The notes below the pieces were generated by a model. It was not told where the DNA came from and did no database searches. It was given only the letters and a program-made list of their open reading frames with translations. Source: an uncultured Gammaproteobacteria bacterium (GTDB lineage: Bacteria > Patescibacteriota > Microgenomatia > UBA1406 > GWC2-37-13). Taken from it: 45,335 nucleotides of DNA. The position numbers and the translations under genes were made by a program. Location of the stretch: NCBI GenBank assembly GCA_964553365.1, contig CAZKKK010000001.1, forward strand, positions 1-45,335. The letters run 5' to 3'. How positions within the stretch are numbered: the first letter of the stretch is position 1; each line of letters starts with the position of its first letter. Below are positions 34,690-44,080 of the stretch, piece by piece.

Positions 34690-36357
34690 ATGAAAAAAAT
34701 CGTACAGTTGTGCTGGAGTTCTTCCCTGTACCGAACTGTCTTTTTTTTGATACTTACAGTCTTTATCGTGCTTTCATATGGGTATTATTTCGGGACATTC
34801 GACCAAGCGAGTCATATTCCATTCCTCAAGAAAACAGTGGATGTGTCTCTTTTCCCAAACGATCATTTTTTTGATTTACGCACTACACACTTCTCTTATT
34901 TTTGGCTTCTTTTCATCCCCTTCTATAAAGCGGGGATCCTTGAACCTATTATGTTTTTGGTCCATATCATCTCTATATTCCTTACCTTTTGGGCCATAGG
35001 GAAATTAAGCAGGACGCTCTTTCATAATCAACTTACCTCATTTCTTGCCGTGGTCGCAAGTGCACTCCCTCATATCGGCTTCTCGGGTTTTCCTTTGTTT
35101 GAATTCAGCATGTTGAATCGCACGGTTGTGCTCCCTTTTGAATTGATCGCATTTAACTATTATCTTAAGAAGAATTATGTTGTCTCGTTTCTCATCTTGG
35201 GGATACTCTATAATTTCCACGCGCTTTCTGTGCATTTTGTCCTTGCTATGATTGGAATGGATATGCTTTTTTCCCTAGTGCAGAAAAAAAATATACGACC
35301 ATTCCTTTTTACTCCATTATTCCTTCTTGCTGCACTTCCCGTGCTTATCTGGAAATTTGGACACTCAGGGGTGCCTATTACCGTGCAATGGGAGTGGTTC
35401 AATCTCCTCAACATGTCTACTTTTTTTCACTTATTCAACTTCATCAGTATCTCAAAGCCAATCGTGATGATTCTGACCGTGGGTGGGGTTTCGGCGCTTA
35501 TCCTTTTTTTCATCGCAAAGAGACAGATCCCAAAAAACGAAACACATGAAACCGTCGGTCATTTTATGTATGGAGGTATCTTCATTCTATTCGTCCAACT
35601 CTTAGCGACCACCTTCTTTCCTCTCACTATCATTATCCAAGGCCAAGTTATACGTATTGGAACATTCCTTACGTTATTTGCATACCTTTATATGACGCAT
35701 ATGATAGTCATATCACATAAATCCAAATCTCATTTTATTTGTTTTGTGTCATCCCTTTTCCTGTCATTTTCCCCATTCTTCCTTTTGGTATCACTCTTGT
35801 TTTGGAGAGTCAGGAATAGTAACAAGTTAAGATATATCACGATATCGATATTCTTGCTGTTTATGGTTGTTCTTTCCGGATTGCTCTATCTTAATTTAGC
35901 TCGCCCAGGAGTTCATATCTGGCCTGAAAAAACCCCATTTTATGAAGTGCAACTCTGGGCAAAAAACAATACACCGAAAGATGCTATATTTATCACCCCT
36001 CCTTCAAAATGGTGGCTTTATGATGTTGAATGGCGCGTTGTATCAGAGCGATCTACGGTTTCCACTTTATCTGAACTTCTCGAGGCGGCATTCGACCCCG
36101 GATACATACAATACTGGAAACCACGATTTGAAGATGTTGCGCCGAAAGTGTTGAATCGATTTCAAGGAGACTATCTGGAAAATTTGAAAATGACGAGCGA
36201 AGCGTATTATACGAATACTTCCGAGGATTTTTTAAGGATGGGTAAAAAATATAAAGCAAGCTATCTTGTATCGGGTAACCGCCATCGATACAATCTCCCT
36301 ATCCTCTTTGGAAACAAAGAATATACCGTCTATTCCCTCAAATATCCAACCCGCTGA
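34690..36357 (+). CDS. Polytopic membrane protein with a C-terminal soluble domain (putative GT-C-type glycosyltransferase/polymerase)
   Basis: It is 555 aa with about 12 TM helices and then a domain of about 150 aa (IFITPPSKWWLYDVEWRVVSERS...). It is flanked by DUF2298 and two GT2 genes. The functional call is by context only. Confidence 0.55.
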   Translation: MKKIVQLCWSSSLYRTVFFLILTVFIVLSYGYYFGTFDQASHIPFLKKTVDVSLFPNDHFFDLRTTHFSYFWLLFIPFYKAGILEPIMFLVHIISIFLTFWAIGKLSRTLFHNQLTSFLAVVASALPHIGFSGFPLFEFSMLNRTVVLPFELIAFNYYLKKNYVVSFLILGILYNFHALSVHFVLAMIGMDMLFSLVQKKNIRPFLFTPLFLLAALPVLIWKFGHSGVPITVQWEWFNLLNMSTFFHLFNFISISKPIVMILTVGGVSALILFFIAKRQIPKNETHETVGHFMYGGIFILFVQLLATTFFPLTIIIQGQVIRIGTFLTLFAYLYMTHMIVISHKSKSHFICFVSSLFLSFSPFFLLVSLLFWRVRNSNKLRYITISIFLLFMVVLSGLLYLNLARPGVHIWPEKTPFYEVQLWAKNNTPKDAIFITPPSKWWLYDVEWRVVSERSTVSTLSELLEAAFDPGYIQYWKPRFEDVAPKVLNRFQGDYLENLKMTSEAYYTNTSEDFLRMGKKYKASYLVSGNRHRYNLPILFGNKEYTVYSLKYPTR

Positions 36358-37183
36358 TAAAAGAGCGGATATATTTATTGAACTGCTTAAGGAGTTGTTT
36401 TGGGCTTATTTTGATGAGGTCAAGAAGCACTTTCTTTGATGACTTATTATAAAGATGCCCACCCATTTCATAAGTGATGATTTGCTTGTCAACTTTCCCT
36501 TTCGCAAGGAAGTAAATGGTGCTTTTCACGTACTTATAGAGCATTTCCAACTTGCCTTCTCTTTTGAACCTACGCAAGGAGAATTTAACTTTAATATTAG
36601 ACAAGAACTTGGCATTTACCCCATATTTGAAAGCGTTTCGGACCAAAAGGTGGTCTTCGCTGAGGGGAACATCTTCCGGAAACCCACCAATGATCGAAAA
36701 GAAGTTTTTCTCCAAAATCATCGACCCGCCCGTCGAAAATGGTTTCCCGATTTTGTTCGAAAGACTGATGAGTGCATTCGTAAAGTCGACAATCATGCTT
36801 AGTTGGGGATCCTTTTTGGAAACGGAGAAGGCAGGGATAAAAAGGAGCCCTTTATGGATTTTTATATACTTGTCGAGTTTACGAAGGAAATTGTTCTTGA
36901 TACGTGAATCCGCATCAAGGAAGACAAGGTAGGATCCTTGTGCGTTCTCCGCTCCTGTATTTCGTTGTTTGGATACGTTCCTTCCCTTTATTTGGATGAT
37001 TTTTTGAATGGGGAGGAGTGTGGAATATTTTTTTGCAACTTCTATCGTCTCATCTTCGGAATGGGCATCGACAAGGATTATCTCGAAGTTCTTAAAATCT
37101 TGTTTTATGAGGTCATCAAAAAGCTTTCCAACAAAATTTTCCTCGTTGAGGGTGGGGATGATTATGGTGAAAAATGGCTTCAT
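36338..37183 (-). CDS. Family-2 glycosyltransferase
   Basis: FTIIIPTLNEENF, ILVDAHSEDET and LVFLDADS are GT-A / DxD motifs. Confidence 0.85.
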   Translation of the reverse strand: MKPFFTIIIPTLNEENFVGKLFDDLIKQDFKNFEIILVDAHSEDETIEVAKKYSTLLPIQKIIQIKGRNVSKQRNTGAENAQGSYLVFLDADSRIKNNFLRKLDKYIKIHKGLLFIPAFSVSKKDPQLSMIVDFTNALISLSNKIGKPFSTGGSMILEKNFFSIIGGFPEDVPLSEDHLLVRNAFKYGVNAKFLSNIKVKFSLRRFKREGKLEMLYKYVKSTIYFLAKGKVDKQIITYEMGGHLYNKSSKKVLLDLIKISPKQLLKQFNKYIRSFISGLDI

Positions 37184-37193
37184 AACGGTCTTT

Positions 37194-37202
37194 ATTATAC
37201 CA
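37194..37202 (-). promoter_or_regulatory. Extended -10 (TGGTATAAT) 10 nt upstream of the GT2 ATG at 37183
   Basis: The reverse strand reads AAGTGGTATAAT-AAAGACCGTT-ATG. Confidence 0.4.
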
Positions 37203-37218
37203 CTTATTCAAATTCTGA

Positions 37219-37224
37219 TAGAAT
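37219..37224 (+). promoter_or_regulatory. -10-like box (TAGAAT) 6 nt upstream of the GT2 ATG at 37231
   Basis: CTGATAGAATAGAGAC-ATG in the 47-nt divergent spacer. Confidence 0.3.
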
Positions 37225-37230
37225 AGAGAC

Positions 37231-37980
37231 ATGAAAGTATCGCTTATCATTCCCATCTATAACGAGGAAAAATATATAGCGGGATGCTTGGAAAGCATCT
37301 CAAAACAAAAAGTCCAGCCTGATGAGGTGATCGTGGTGAATAACAACTGTACGGATGGTTCTATTTCCATCGTAAAAAAGTATCCCTTCGTCCGTATTGT
37401 TGACGAAACGAAACAGGGTATGATTGCCGCTCGCAATGCTGGGTTCAATGCGGCATCCTATGAAATTCTAGCGCGTTGTGATGCAGACACAAGACCTCCT
37501 GCTAATTGGGTCGCTCGAATCCACCGCGATTTTGCCAACAAGGAAATCGACGCCCTTACCGGGCCGATCATGTTTTATGATGCACCCATCAAAACCTCGT
37601 ATATCGCTCGCGCCTACCTGGACATGATGAAACCCCTCCATAGAGGAAAAGAGACACTCGTCGGACCAAATATGGTAATCACAAAAAAAATGTGGGAAAA
37701 GGTTAAGAATGCGGTATGCCTAAATGACAAGCTTGTCCATGAAGATATCGACCTTGCCTATCACATTCATGAGGCAGGGGGGATCATCAAAAGAGACGAT
37801 AGGCTTATCATGTATACGTCAAGCAGAAGGATAAAGAAAAACCCGCATTCTTTTTTTGGGGAGTATCCTGTCCGATTCATGAAAACTCTTCTTCATCATG
37901 ACACGGGAGTTTCTTCATTTAAAAAGAAGCTTATGCTTCCTGCTTGGTATACAAGTCGGAGATCTCGGAAAAAGTCGTAA
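37231..37980 (+). CDS. Family-2 glycosyltransferase
   Basis: VSLIIPIYNEEKYI, VVNNNCTDGS and ARCDADT are GT-A / DxD motifs. Confidence 0.85.
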   Translation: MKVSLIIPIYNEEKYIAGCLESISKQKVQPDEVIVVNNNCTDGSISIVKKYPFVRIVDETKQGMIAARNAGFNAASYEILARCDADTRPPANWVARIHRDFANKEIDALTGPIMFYDAPIKTSYIARAYLDMMKPLHRGKETLVGPNMVITKKMWEKVKNAVCLNDKLVHEDIDLAYHIHEAGGIIKRDDRLIMYTSSRRIKKNPHSFFGEYPVRFMKTLLHHDTGVSSFKKKLMLPAWYTSRRSRKKS

Positions 37981-39664
37981 CGTCCGTTTTCAGTTTATCA
38001 TCCCTAAACCTCACCAGTCGCGGAAATCGAAGTGCATATAAAGCTGTATGATTGGGAGATTGAGTGATTTCATCCGCTTTGATTTCAACCACTATTCCTG
38101 CCTCAACCCACATATCCACTTCCATTGTCTTGTCTATCATGTATTCCGCTGGTTTTTTCTTCGTTTGGAGTTTATCGCATCTGCTTTTCATCTCCCGCCA
38201 TTCCTCATCGGTCAACCCAGTCCCTATTTTTGAAACGGTCTTGAATGTCTCCTCTTTTTCATCATATACTCCGACGAGAAATGCCCCAATACCAAAACCA
38301 GTTCTCTTCCCCTTTCCTGTGTCGTATCCCATGACAAGACAATCCACCGTATCATGGATCTTTGATGAATAACTTCTTTTGAATTTAATCCAGTTCCATC
38401 CGCGGGCACCTGGCTTATATGTTCCATCTAATTTCTTCGCGATTATCCCTTCCAGTCCTTCGGCCACCGCATCGTCAAAATTCTGTTCGATAATCAGCGC
38501 ATCAGAAAGAAGTTCGTGGGGGGCAAGGATGGTCGTGTTTTTTTCCGGAATATTCTTTTTGCTGATTACCTTTTCCAATACTTCCCTCCGTTTCGTGAAT
38601 GTGTCATTTATATAAGAAGCGCCGTTATAGTAAAGCAGTTCAAAAACAAAAAGCTTTAAGGGAATCTCCTTTGCCTTTTCCTCTATATCATACTTCCGTT
38701 TTCTCTGGACCGTCTCTTGGAAAGGAAGGAAGATGTGTGTTTGTGGGTTGTATCCTATCGCCTCTCCCTCAAAGATGATTTCTTCTGCATTTATTTCTTG
38801 CTGTACCCCCATCACGATATCGGGATACATATAGGAAACGTCCTCAAGATTACGAGAATACAACCTTACTTCCCCGCTCTCTTTTTTATAATGTATCTGA
38901 AGTCTGAACCCATCATATTTTGGCTCGATTGCACAGGTGCCTATCTGTTTGACTATTTCTTCCCCCGAGGAAAGACGCTCAGCCCGCATCATGATGATTG
39001 GAGTGAAGATATGTGGCGCAACTTTTTTTATTCCCTCAATCCCTTCTTTTTTAATAAGTCTCCCGATATATCCTAGGTCTGGTCGCACATGATAAGCAGC
39101 TTCTATTTCCGGTCGATATTGTTTTGAACCAACCAACATCCATGAATAGGAATCGATTATGGTCATGTCGGAAAACCCAAGTCGCATCATCCCCTGAGGT
39201 ATACGTACGAGATAACGGCACGACTTACTATCGAGTTGTCTGACTAGGCCGCTGAGTATCCCCACCTTCATTTCGTTTGATCCATCTCCACTTGCCTTTG
39301 CGAGCCGTTCCAAATCAAGGAATACTTCGTTTATCGTCATCTCCCGTTCTTCGAACGAAACATATTGTTTTTTGAATTCCTCAACCGTTTTCCCTACATC
39401 CCCAAGCCGTCTGTTTTCTTTCTCAAAATATGGTCTATCGATATTCAGGGAGGAAACGATTGATTTGATGACAGTTTTTTCGGCCATCCCGAACTCCGTT
39501 TTTTCAAAAAGTGGAGCGACCCGCCCTTGGAGAAGATATACCGTCTGCCCTATTTCCTCAGCACTGAGTTCATTGAATAATTCTGCAAGGATATGTGTTA
39601 TTTCGAGTCGAGAACTCTTTTCTTCTATCCGTTCGAAATAGGTTGCCAGTCGGGAAAAGTACAT
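37931..39664 (-). CDS. lig: ATP-dependent DNA ligase (archaeal/eukaryotic Lig1-like three-domain type)
   Basis: It has an N-terminal DNA-binding domain. Motif I is EPKYDGFRLQIH (adenylated Lys), motif III is IFEGEAI, motif IV is EGIIAK and motif V is NWIKFK. A C-terminal OB domain follows. Confidence 0.9.
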   Translation of the reverse strand: MYFSRLATYFERIEEKSSRLEITHILAELFNELSAEEIGQTVYLLQGRVAPLFEKTEFGMAEKTVIKSIVSSLNIDRPYFEKENRRLGDVGKTVEEFKKQYVSFEEREMTINEVFLDLERLAKASGDGSNEMKVGILSGLVRQLDSKSCRYLVRIPQGMMRLGFSDMTIIDSYSWMLVGSKQYRPEIEAAYHVRPDLGYIGRLIKKEGIEGIKKVAPHIFTPIIMMRAERLSSGEEIVKQIGTCAIEPKYDGFRLQIHYKKESGEVRLYSRNLEDVSYMYPDIVMGVQQEINAEEIIFEGEAIGYNPQTHIFLPFQETVQRKRKYDIEEKAKEIPLKLFVFELLYYNGASYINDTFTKRREVLEKVISKKNIPEKNTTILAPHELLSDALIIEQNFDDAVAEGLEGIIAKKLDGTYKPGARGWNWIKFKRSYSSKIHDTVDCLVMGYDTGKGKRTGFGIGAFLVGVYDEKEETFKTVSKIGTGLTDEEWREMKSRCDKLQTKKKPAEYMIDKTMEVDMWVEAGIVVEIKADEITQSPNHTALYALRFPRLVRFRDDKLKTDVTTFSEISDLYTKQEA

Positions 39665-39707
39665 GAGTAGTATTGTATCGCATTCGCGCGTCTAAAAACA
39701 ATAGCCT

Positions 39708-39716
39708 TGATATAAT
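39708..39716 (+). promoter_or_regulatory. Extended -10 (TGATATAAT) 9 nt upstream of the def ATG
   Basis: CCTTGATATAATGAGGTCATT-ATG. The GAGG could instead act as a Shine-Dalgarno if transcription starts further upstream. Confidence 0.35.
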
Positions 39717-39725
39717 GAGGTCATT

Positions 39726-40310
39726 ATGGCAATAAAAACGATTATTGAGATTGGACACCGCATATTGAAGTTGGAAAATAAACCAATAGTTGATTTTGAT
39801 TCCCCATCCCTGAAAAAACTCCTGGGGGATTTGGATGACACCATGAAATCCGTCGACCTCATCGGTATCGCAGCTCCACAGATCGGAAATAATTCCCAAG
39901 TGTTCCTTACCCACCCCAGAAAGACAAATGCACGAAAACTTGAAAAATCAGATATTCTTCGCGTCTATATAAATCCGAAAATCACTTTTATGTCAAAGGA
40001 AACAAGCCTTATCTTTGAAGGATGTGGGTGCGTGCCAAAAAGTTCCGTCTTTGGACCTGTCGTAAGACCGAGAGAGATTGGAGTTGAGGCATTTGACGAA
40101 AATGGAGAAAAATTTAGTCTCAGATGTGATGGATTGTTAGCGAGAGTCATCCAACATGAATATGACCATTTGCACGGCATCGAATTCCTGGAGCGAGTCA
40201 CCGACAATAGAAAGATGATTTCATGGAATTTCTATCGGAAGGAAATCCGAAATTCACACGAACAAAAGGAAGCATCAAGGATAACCAAAGTGGAATACAA
40301 AAAAATCTGA
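39726..40310 (+). CDS. def: Peptide deformylase
   Basis: Motif 1 is GIAAPQIG, motif 2 is the variant EGCGCVP (usual form EGCLS) and motif 3 is QHEYDHLHG. Confidence 0.92.
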   Translation: MAIKTIIEIGHRILKLENKPIVDFDSPSLKKLLGDLDDTMKSVDLIGIAAPQIGNNSQVFLTHPRKTNARKLEKSDILRVYINPKITFMSKETSLIFEGCGCVPKSSVFGPVVRPREIGVEAFDENGEKFSLRCDGLLARVIQHEYDHLHGIEFLERVTDNRKMISWNFYRKEIRNSHEQKEASRITKVEYKKI

Positions 40311-40523
40311 TCACATCAACCACTGTATTACTGTCAAAACCCCAACCACACAAAGGACAGCGATAAACATCTCATCCATTCTTTTATAGTTACATTTATT
40401 TATCTTCTTTGCAAGTCGTGATACCACTAATGATCTTTTTATATCATCCTGACGGCCCTTGTAGAAAAAAAGCGGCTTATAAGCCGTTGTTTGACTCCTA
40501 ATGGAGAAAGTATATTGGGAACT

Positions 40524-42038
40524 ATGCTTGCACGCATTTTTTCTGGCACGACTATCGGACTTGATGGGGTGATTATCGAAATAGAAGTTGATATCGCAAA
40601 CAAGGGTTTTCCTACATTCAATTTAGTGGGGCTGCCGAATAAGGCAATTGATGAATCCAAAGATAGAGTGCGCACAGCCATTTCCAATGTGGGTTTTGAA
40701 ATGCCTGACTCCCGCCTCACGGTAAATCTGGCTCCTGCTAATATCCCCAAAGAGGGCTCAAGTTTTGATCTCCCTATCGCTCTTGGTGTCCTTACGGCTG
40801 CGGGTATGATTGACAAGAGAAGTGTCGAAAATAGTTTTTTCATTGGAGAGCTTTCGCTCGAAGGAACGATTCGGGGAGTGTCGGGCGTCCTTCCCCTCAC
40901 TCTTCTTGCTCGGGAGAAGAAGATAAAGACAATCTATGTCCCCACACAAAATTGTTTAGAAGCTTCTGCAGTTGAAGGAATCACTGTTATCTCTGTTTAC
41001 AATTTGGAAGAGCTCATTCTTCATTTGAACGGGCAGAAAAAACTAGAACCCGCCCCGGCACTTTCACTCGAACATTTTAAATCGAATAACCCAATCGAAA
41101 TAGATTTTGAAGGAATACGGGGACAGGAAACGGCTAAACGGGCACTAGAGATTGCGGCGGCGGGATTTCATAATATCCATCTGAAGGGTGTCCCAGGGGC
41201 CGGGAAAACCCTCCTCTCTCGAGCGTTTCCCTCTCTCATGCCACAACTGGAACGGGAAGAAATATTGGAGGTTTCGAAAATATATTCCATTGTCGGACTC
41301 CTGCAAAATAAAGGCTTTATTACGACTCGCCCTTTCCGGACACCTCATCACACCACCTCTCGAATTGGTCTTACTGGGGGAGGAACACATCCAATGCCTG
41401 GTGAGATATCGCTTGCCCACCGGGGAGTCTTGTTTTTAGATGAGTTTCCCGAATTTCCCCGTTCAACACTCGAGTCACTTCGACAACCAATCGAGGATGG
41501 ACAAATTTGTATTTCTCGCGCGGCGGGAAGTATAACGTTTCCTTGCCGATTCCTTCTAATAGCGGCTTCTAACCCCTGTCCATGCGGGTATCTTGGACAC
41601 CCTTCAAAAAAATGCAGCTGCTCGTTTTATTCAATACAACAATATAGAAAAAGATTGTCAGGACCAATTCTTGATAGAATCGATATTCACGTCGACATCC
41701 CCCCTGTAAAAGAAGAGAGACTCACCTCAGACGAAAAGGCAGAGTCAAGCTCTGTTGTTAGAAAACGGGTTTGTATTGCACGGCAAAAACAGATCAGGCG
41801 ATTCGGGCGTCCACTGACGAACGCGGAGATGAGTTCAAATCAAATACGTACCATGTGTAAAATGAGCGATGCCGCCACCTCCCTTTTGAAAACCGCTATC
41901 ACCCGTCTTTCCCTTTCCGCCCGTTCCTATTTTAAAATCATAAAAATATCACAAACCATTTCAGACCTAGAAAACACGGATAAAATCGAGGGGAAACATG
42001 TTGCCGAAGCATTGCAGTACAGACCGAAAGAAGAGTGA
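40524..42038 (+). CDS. comM: YifB/ComM-family Mg-chelatase-like AAA+ ATPase
   Basis: It has a Lon-protease-like N-domain. Walker A is GVPGAGKTLL and Walker B is VLFLDEFPEF. The family-typical Cys cluster is NPCPCGYLGHPSKKCSC. The track start at 40491 is a TTG. ATG 40524 gives MLARIFSGTTIGLDG. Confidence 0.9.
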   Translation: MLARIFSGTTIGLDGVIIEIEVDIANKGFPTFNLVGLPNKAIDESKDRVRTAISNVGFEMPDSRLTVNLAPANIPKEGSSFDLPIALGVLTAAGMIDKRSVENSFFIGELSLEGTIRGVSGVLPLTLLAREKKIKTIYVPTQNCLEASAVEGITVISVYNLEELILHLNGQKKLEPAPALSLEHFKSNNPIEIDFEGIRGQETAKRALEIAAAGFHNIHLKGVPGAGKTLLSRAFPSLMPQLEREEILEVSKIYSIVGLLQNKGFITTRPFRTPHHTTSRIGLTGGGTHPMPGEISLAHRGVLFLDEFPEFPRSTLESLRQPIEDGQICISRAAGSITFPCRFLLIAASNPCPCGYLGHPSKKCSCSFYSIQQYRKRLSGPILDRIDIHVDIPPVKEERLTSDEKAESSSVVRKRVCIARQKQIRRFGRPLTNAEMSSNQIRTMCKMSDAATSLLKTAITRLSLSARSYFKIIKISQTISDLENTDKIEGKHVAEALQYRPKEE

Positions 42039-42178
42039 TTAATAAAATAACAAATATAAATACGAATCCAAAATTAATATAAGATACTAATAAATATAAA
42101 GCAAAATTCTTATTTATTATTTGTTAGTTATATTTATATTTGTCTTTATTATTAGTTTTGCTATTTGTTTTTTATTAT

Positions 42179-42206
42179 TTGCAATTTTCAAACGGCTCTC
42201 TATAAT
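42179..42206 (+). promoter_or_regulatory. Candidate recA promoter (TTGCAA-16 nt-TATAAT)
   Basis: The -35-like TTGCAA is at 42179-42184 and TATAAT is at 42201-42206. An alternative TATACT at 42233-42238 lies 11 nt from the ATG. Confidence 0.35.
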
Positions 42207-42249
42207 GAGCATTATTATCATTCATTAGTACTTATACTATTTACTATAT

Positions 42250-43272
42250 ATGTCAACACATACACCTGCAGCAAAACCAGAAGAGAAAAAAAGCCAAAAA
42301 ACACAGGCTGTCGACTTAGCGATTGAACAAATTCAAAGAGAGTTTGGAAAAGGATCTATCATGCGTCTTGGTCAAGCCCCTTCTTCTTCTATTGATGCCC
42401 TTAAAACAGGTGTTATCCCTCTCGACTTTGCCCTTGGCATTGGGGGGATTCCAAAAGGAAGAATTATTGAGATATTTGGTCCCGAATCTTCAGGTAAAAC
42501 AACTGTTTGTCTTTCCCTTATCGCGGAATGCCAGAAAATCGGTGGTACCGCAGCATTCATTGACGCAGAACACGCAATTGATCCGGCATGGGCTAAAACG
42601 CTTGGCGTTCAACTCGATGATTTGCTTGTTTCTCAACCAGATACAGGAGAACAAGCTCTTGAAATCACTGAGTCTCTTATTCGCTCCGGGGGAGTCGACT
42701 TGGTGGTTGTAGATTCCGTTGCAGCACTTGTTCCAAAAGCGGAAATCGAGGGCGATATGGGAGATGCACAGATGGGTCTCCAAGCCCGCCTTATGTCCCA
42801 AGCCCTGCGAAAACTAGCGGGAGTCCTTTCCAAATCGAAGACAACCATCGTATTTACGAATCAACTTCGTATGAAGATCGGTATCATGTTCGGAAATCCC
42901 GAAACGACACCAGGAGGTATGGCTCTTAAATTCTATGCATCAATCCGAATGGATGTGCGAAAAATCGAGACATTGAAAAAAGGAACAGAAGTGATTGGCA
43001 CTCGTGTCCGCGTGAAGATCGTGAAAAACAAAATGGCTCCTCCTTTCAAGTTGGCTGAATTTACCATTAATGCACAAGGCATCGACAAACTCGAAAGCGT
43101 CATCGACACCGGACTTGAATGCGGAATCCTTACCAGAAGTGGTTCATTCATCAAATACCAGGATAAAATGTTGGGTCAGGGCAAAGAACAGGTAAAAGAT
43201 TTACTTATGCAAGATGAAAAACTGAAACATGCCCTCATAAAGGCAGTGGAGCAAAAAGTGTTTAAAAAGTAA
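42250..43272 (+). CDS. recA: Recombinase RecA
   Basis: [19 protein letters not shown]-type N-terminus, Walker [20 protein letters not shown]-type motif and [17 protein letters not shown]. Confidence 0.97.
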   Translation: MSTHTPAAKPEEKKSQKTQAVDLAIEQIQREFGKGSIMRLGQAPSSSIDALKTGVIPLDFALGIGGIPKGRIIEIFGPESSGKTTVCLSLIAECQKIGGTAAFIDAEHAIDPAWAKTLGVQLDDLLVSQPDTGEQALEITESLIRSGGVDLVVVDSVAALVPKAEIEGDMGDAQMGLQARLMSQALRKLAGVLSKSKTTIVFTNQLRMKIGIMFGNPETTPGGMALKFYASIRMDVRKIETLKKGTEVIGTRVRVKIVKNKMAPPFKLAEFTINAQGIDKLESVIDTGLECGILTRSGSFIKYQDKMLGQGKEQVKDLLMQDEKLKHALIKAVEQKVFKK

Positions 43273-43282
43273 TATGTGTCTT

Positions 43283-43298
43283 TCCCGCGAAGGCGGGA
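43283..43298 (+). other. GC-rich stem-loop directly after the recA stop
   Basis: TCCCGC-GAAG-GCGGGA is a perfect 6-bp stem in an otherwise AT-rich context. There is no downstream T-run, so it is not a canonical terminator. Confidence 0.35.
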
Positions 43299-43324
43299 AT
43301 CCAGACTATAATTACCATATTGAT

Positions 43325-44080
43325 ATGAATCAATATATTAAGATTTTCAATCCCTCAAGGGAGAAGCTCGATACTCTTGTTGAAGGAAATGAAAAAAGCC
43401 CGATTTCTATTGTTATGGTTCATGGCCTCGGAACCGATAAACATGAGACAGGGGGGCAGTTTGATTTCATCGCAAAATCCCTCTCTGAAAATTATCGAGT
43501 GGTTCGATTTGACTTCTCGGGATTTGGGAAAAGTGAAGGAAAAATGGAAGACTTTGATTATGTAAAACATGCAGACGATTTGAAGGCGGTACTCAGCTAC
43601 TCGAAAAAAACCTATGGAGGAACTGTCTATATCATTGCTCAATCAATGGGGTGTTTTGTCACTTCTCTTCTTAATCCTCAAGGTATAAATAAAACAATTT
43701 TTTTGGGAATTCCCAATTCAAATACTGAATATATCATTAATCGATTTTCTAAGAGATTTTCTTCAAAACCGGGAGGCGTAGTTAATTTCGAAGGAATAAG
43801 TCTCGTACCCCGTTCAACTGGAGCAATTCAACATATTGGTCCTTCATTCTGGAAGGTTTTGAGAGAGTTTAACCCTGTAAAAGCGGTGGCTGAATTTTCA
43901 AAAAAAACCCATCTCCTCATTGTTCATCCCCTTCAAGATGATGTTGTTGGGCCTGAATTTCAAAAAGAATATGATGCAATCCCAAACATAAAAATTGAAT
44001 GGATTAATGGGGATCATTCATTCAAAAAAAGAGAAGACCGCAGTGCTCTTATTAAAACTATAAAAACTTTTCTTACCTAA
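43325..44080 (+). CDS. Alpha/beta-fold hydrolase
   Basis: It has the HG oxyanion motif (VMVHGLG), the nucleophile elbow IIAQSMGCF, a late Asp (HPLQDDVV) and His (INGDHSF). I chose the start at MNQYIKIF (43325). The track start at 43274 would translate through the hairpin. Confidence 0.8.
   Translation: MNQYIKIFNPSREKLDTLVEGNEKSPISIVMVHGLGTDKHETGGQFDFIAKSLSENYRVVRFDFSGFGKSEGKMEDFDYVKHADDLKAVLSYSKKTYGGTVYIIAQSMGCFVTSLLNPQGINKTIFLGIPNSNTEYIINRFSKRFSSKPGGVVNFEGISLVPRSTGAIQHIGPSFWKVLREFNPVKAVAEFSKKTHLLIVHPLQDDVVGPEFQKEYDAIPNIKIEWINGDHSFKKREDRSALIKTIKTFLT

Noticed and set aside
40311-40379. A 22-aa hydrophobic minus-strand mini-ORF (MDEMFIAVLCVVGVLTVIQWLM) abutting the def stop, considered as a type I toxin-like peptide.
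   Set aside because: I found no recognisable promoter, SD or antisense-RNA partner. Such short hydrophobic ORFs arise easily by chance in AT-rich spacers.
40465-40487. A7 followed by the palindrome GCGGCTTATAAGCCGT. On the minus strand this would read as hairpin + T7, an intrinsic-terminator shape.
   Set aside because: No minus-strand gene lies upstream of it to terminate, because comM is on the plus strand. The stem is only about 7 bp with no real loop. It may be incidental, or a barrier to antisense transcription, and the support is not strong enough.
40439-40900. A 153-aa minus-strand ORF overlapping the comM 5' region.
   Set aside because: It is antisense to the conserved N-terminal domain of YifB/ComM and has no start context or motif.
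42042-42160. Imperfect inverted and direct repeats (AACAAATATAAATA and TATTTATATTTGT, about 70 nt apart) upstream of recA, considered as a possible SOS/LexA-type operator.
   Set aside because: The region is about 85% AT and low-complexity, so matches of 13 nt are expected by chance. I found no CGAAC-N4-GTTCG or CTGT-N8-ACAG type box and saw no lexA in the window.
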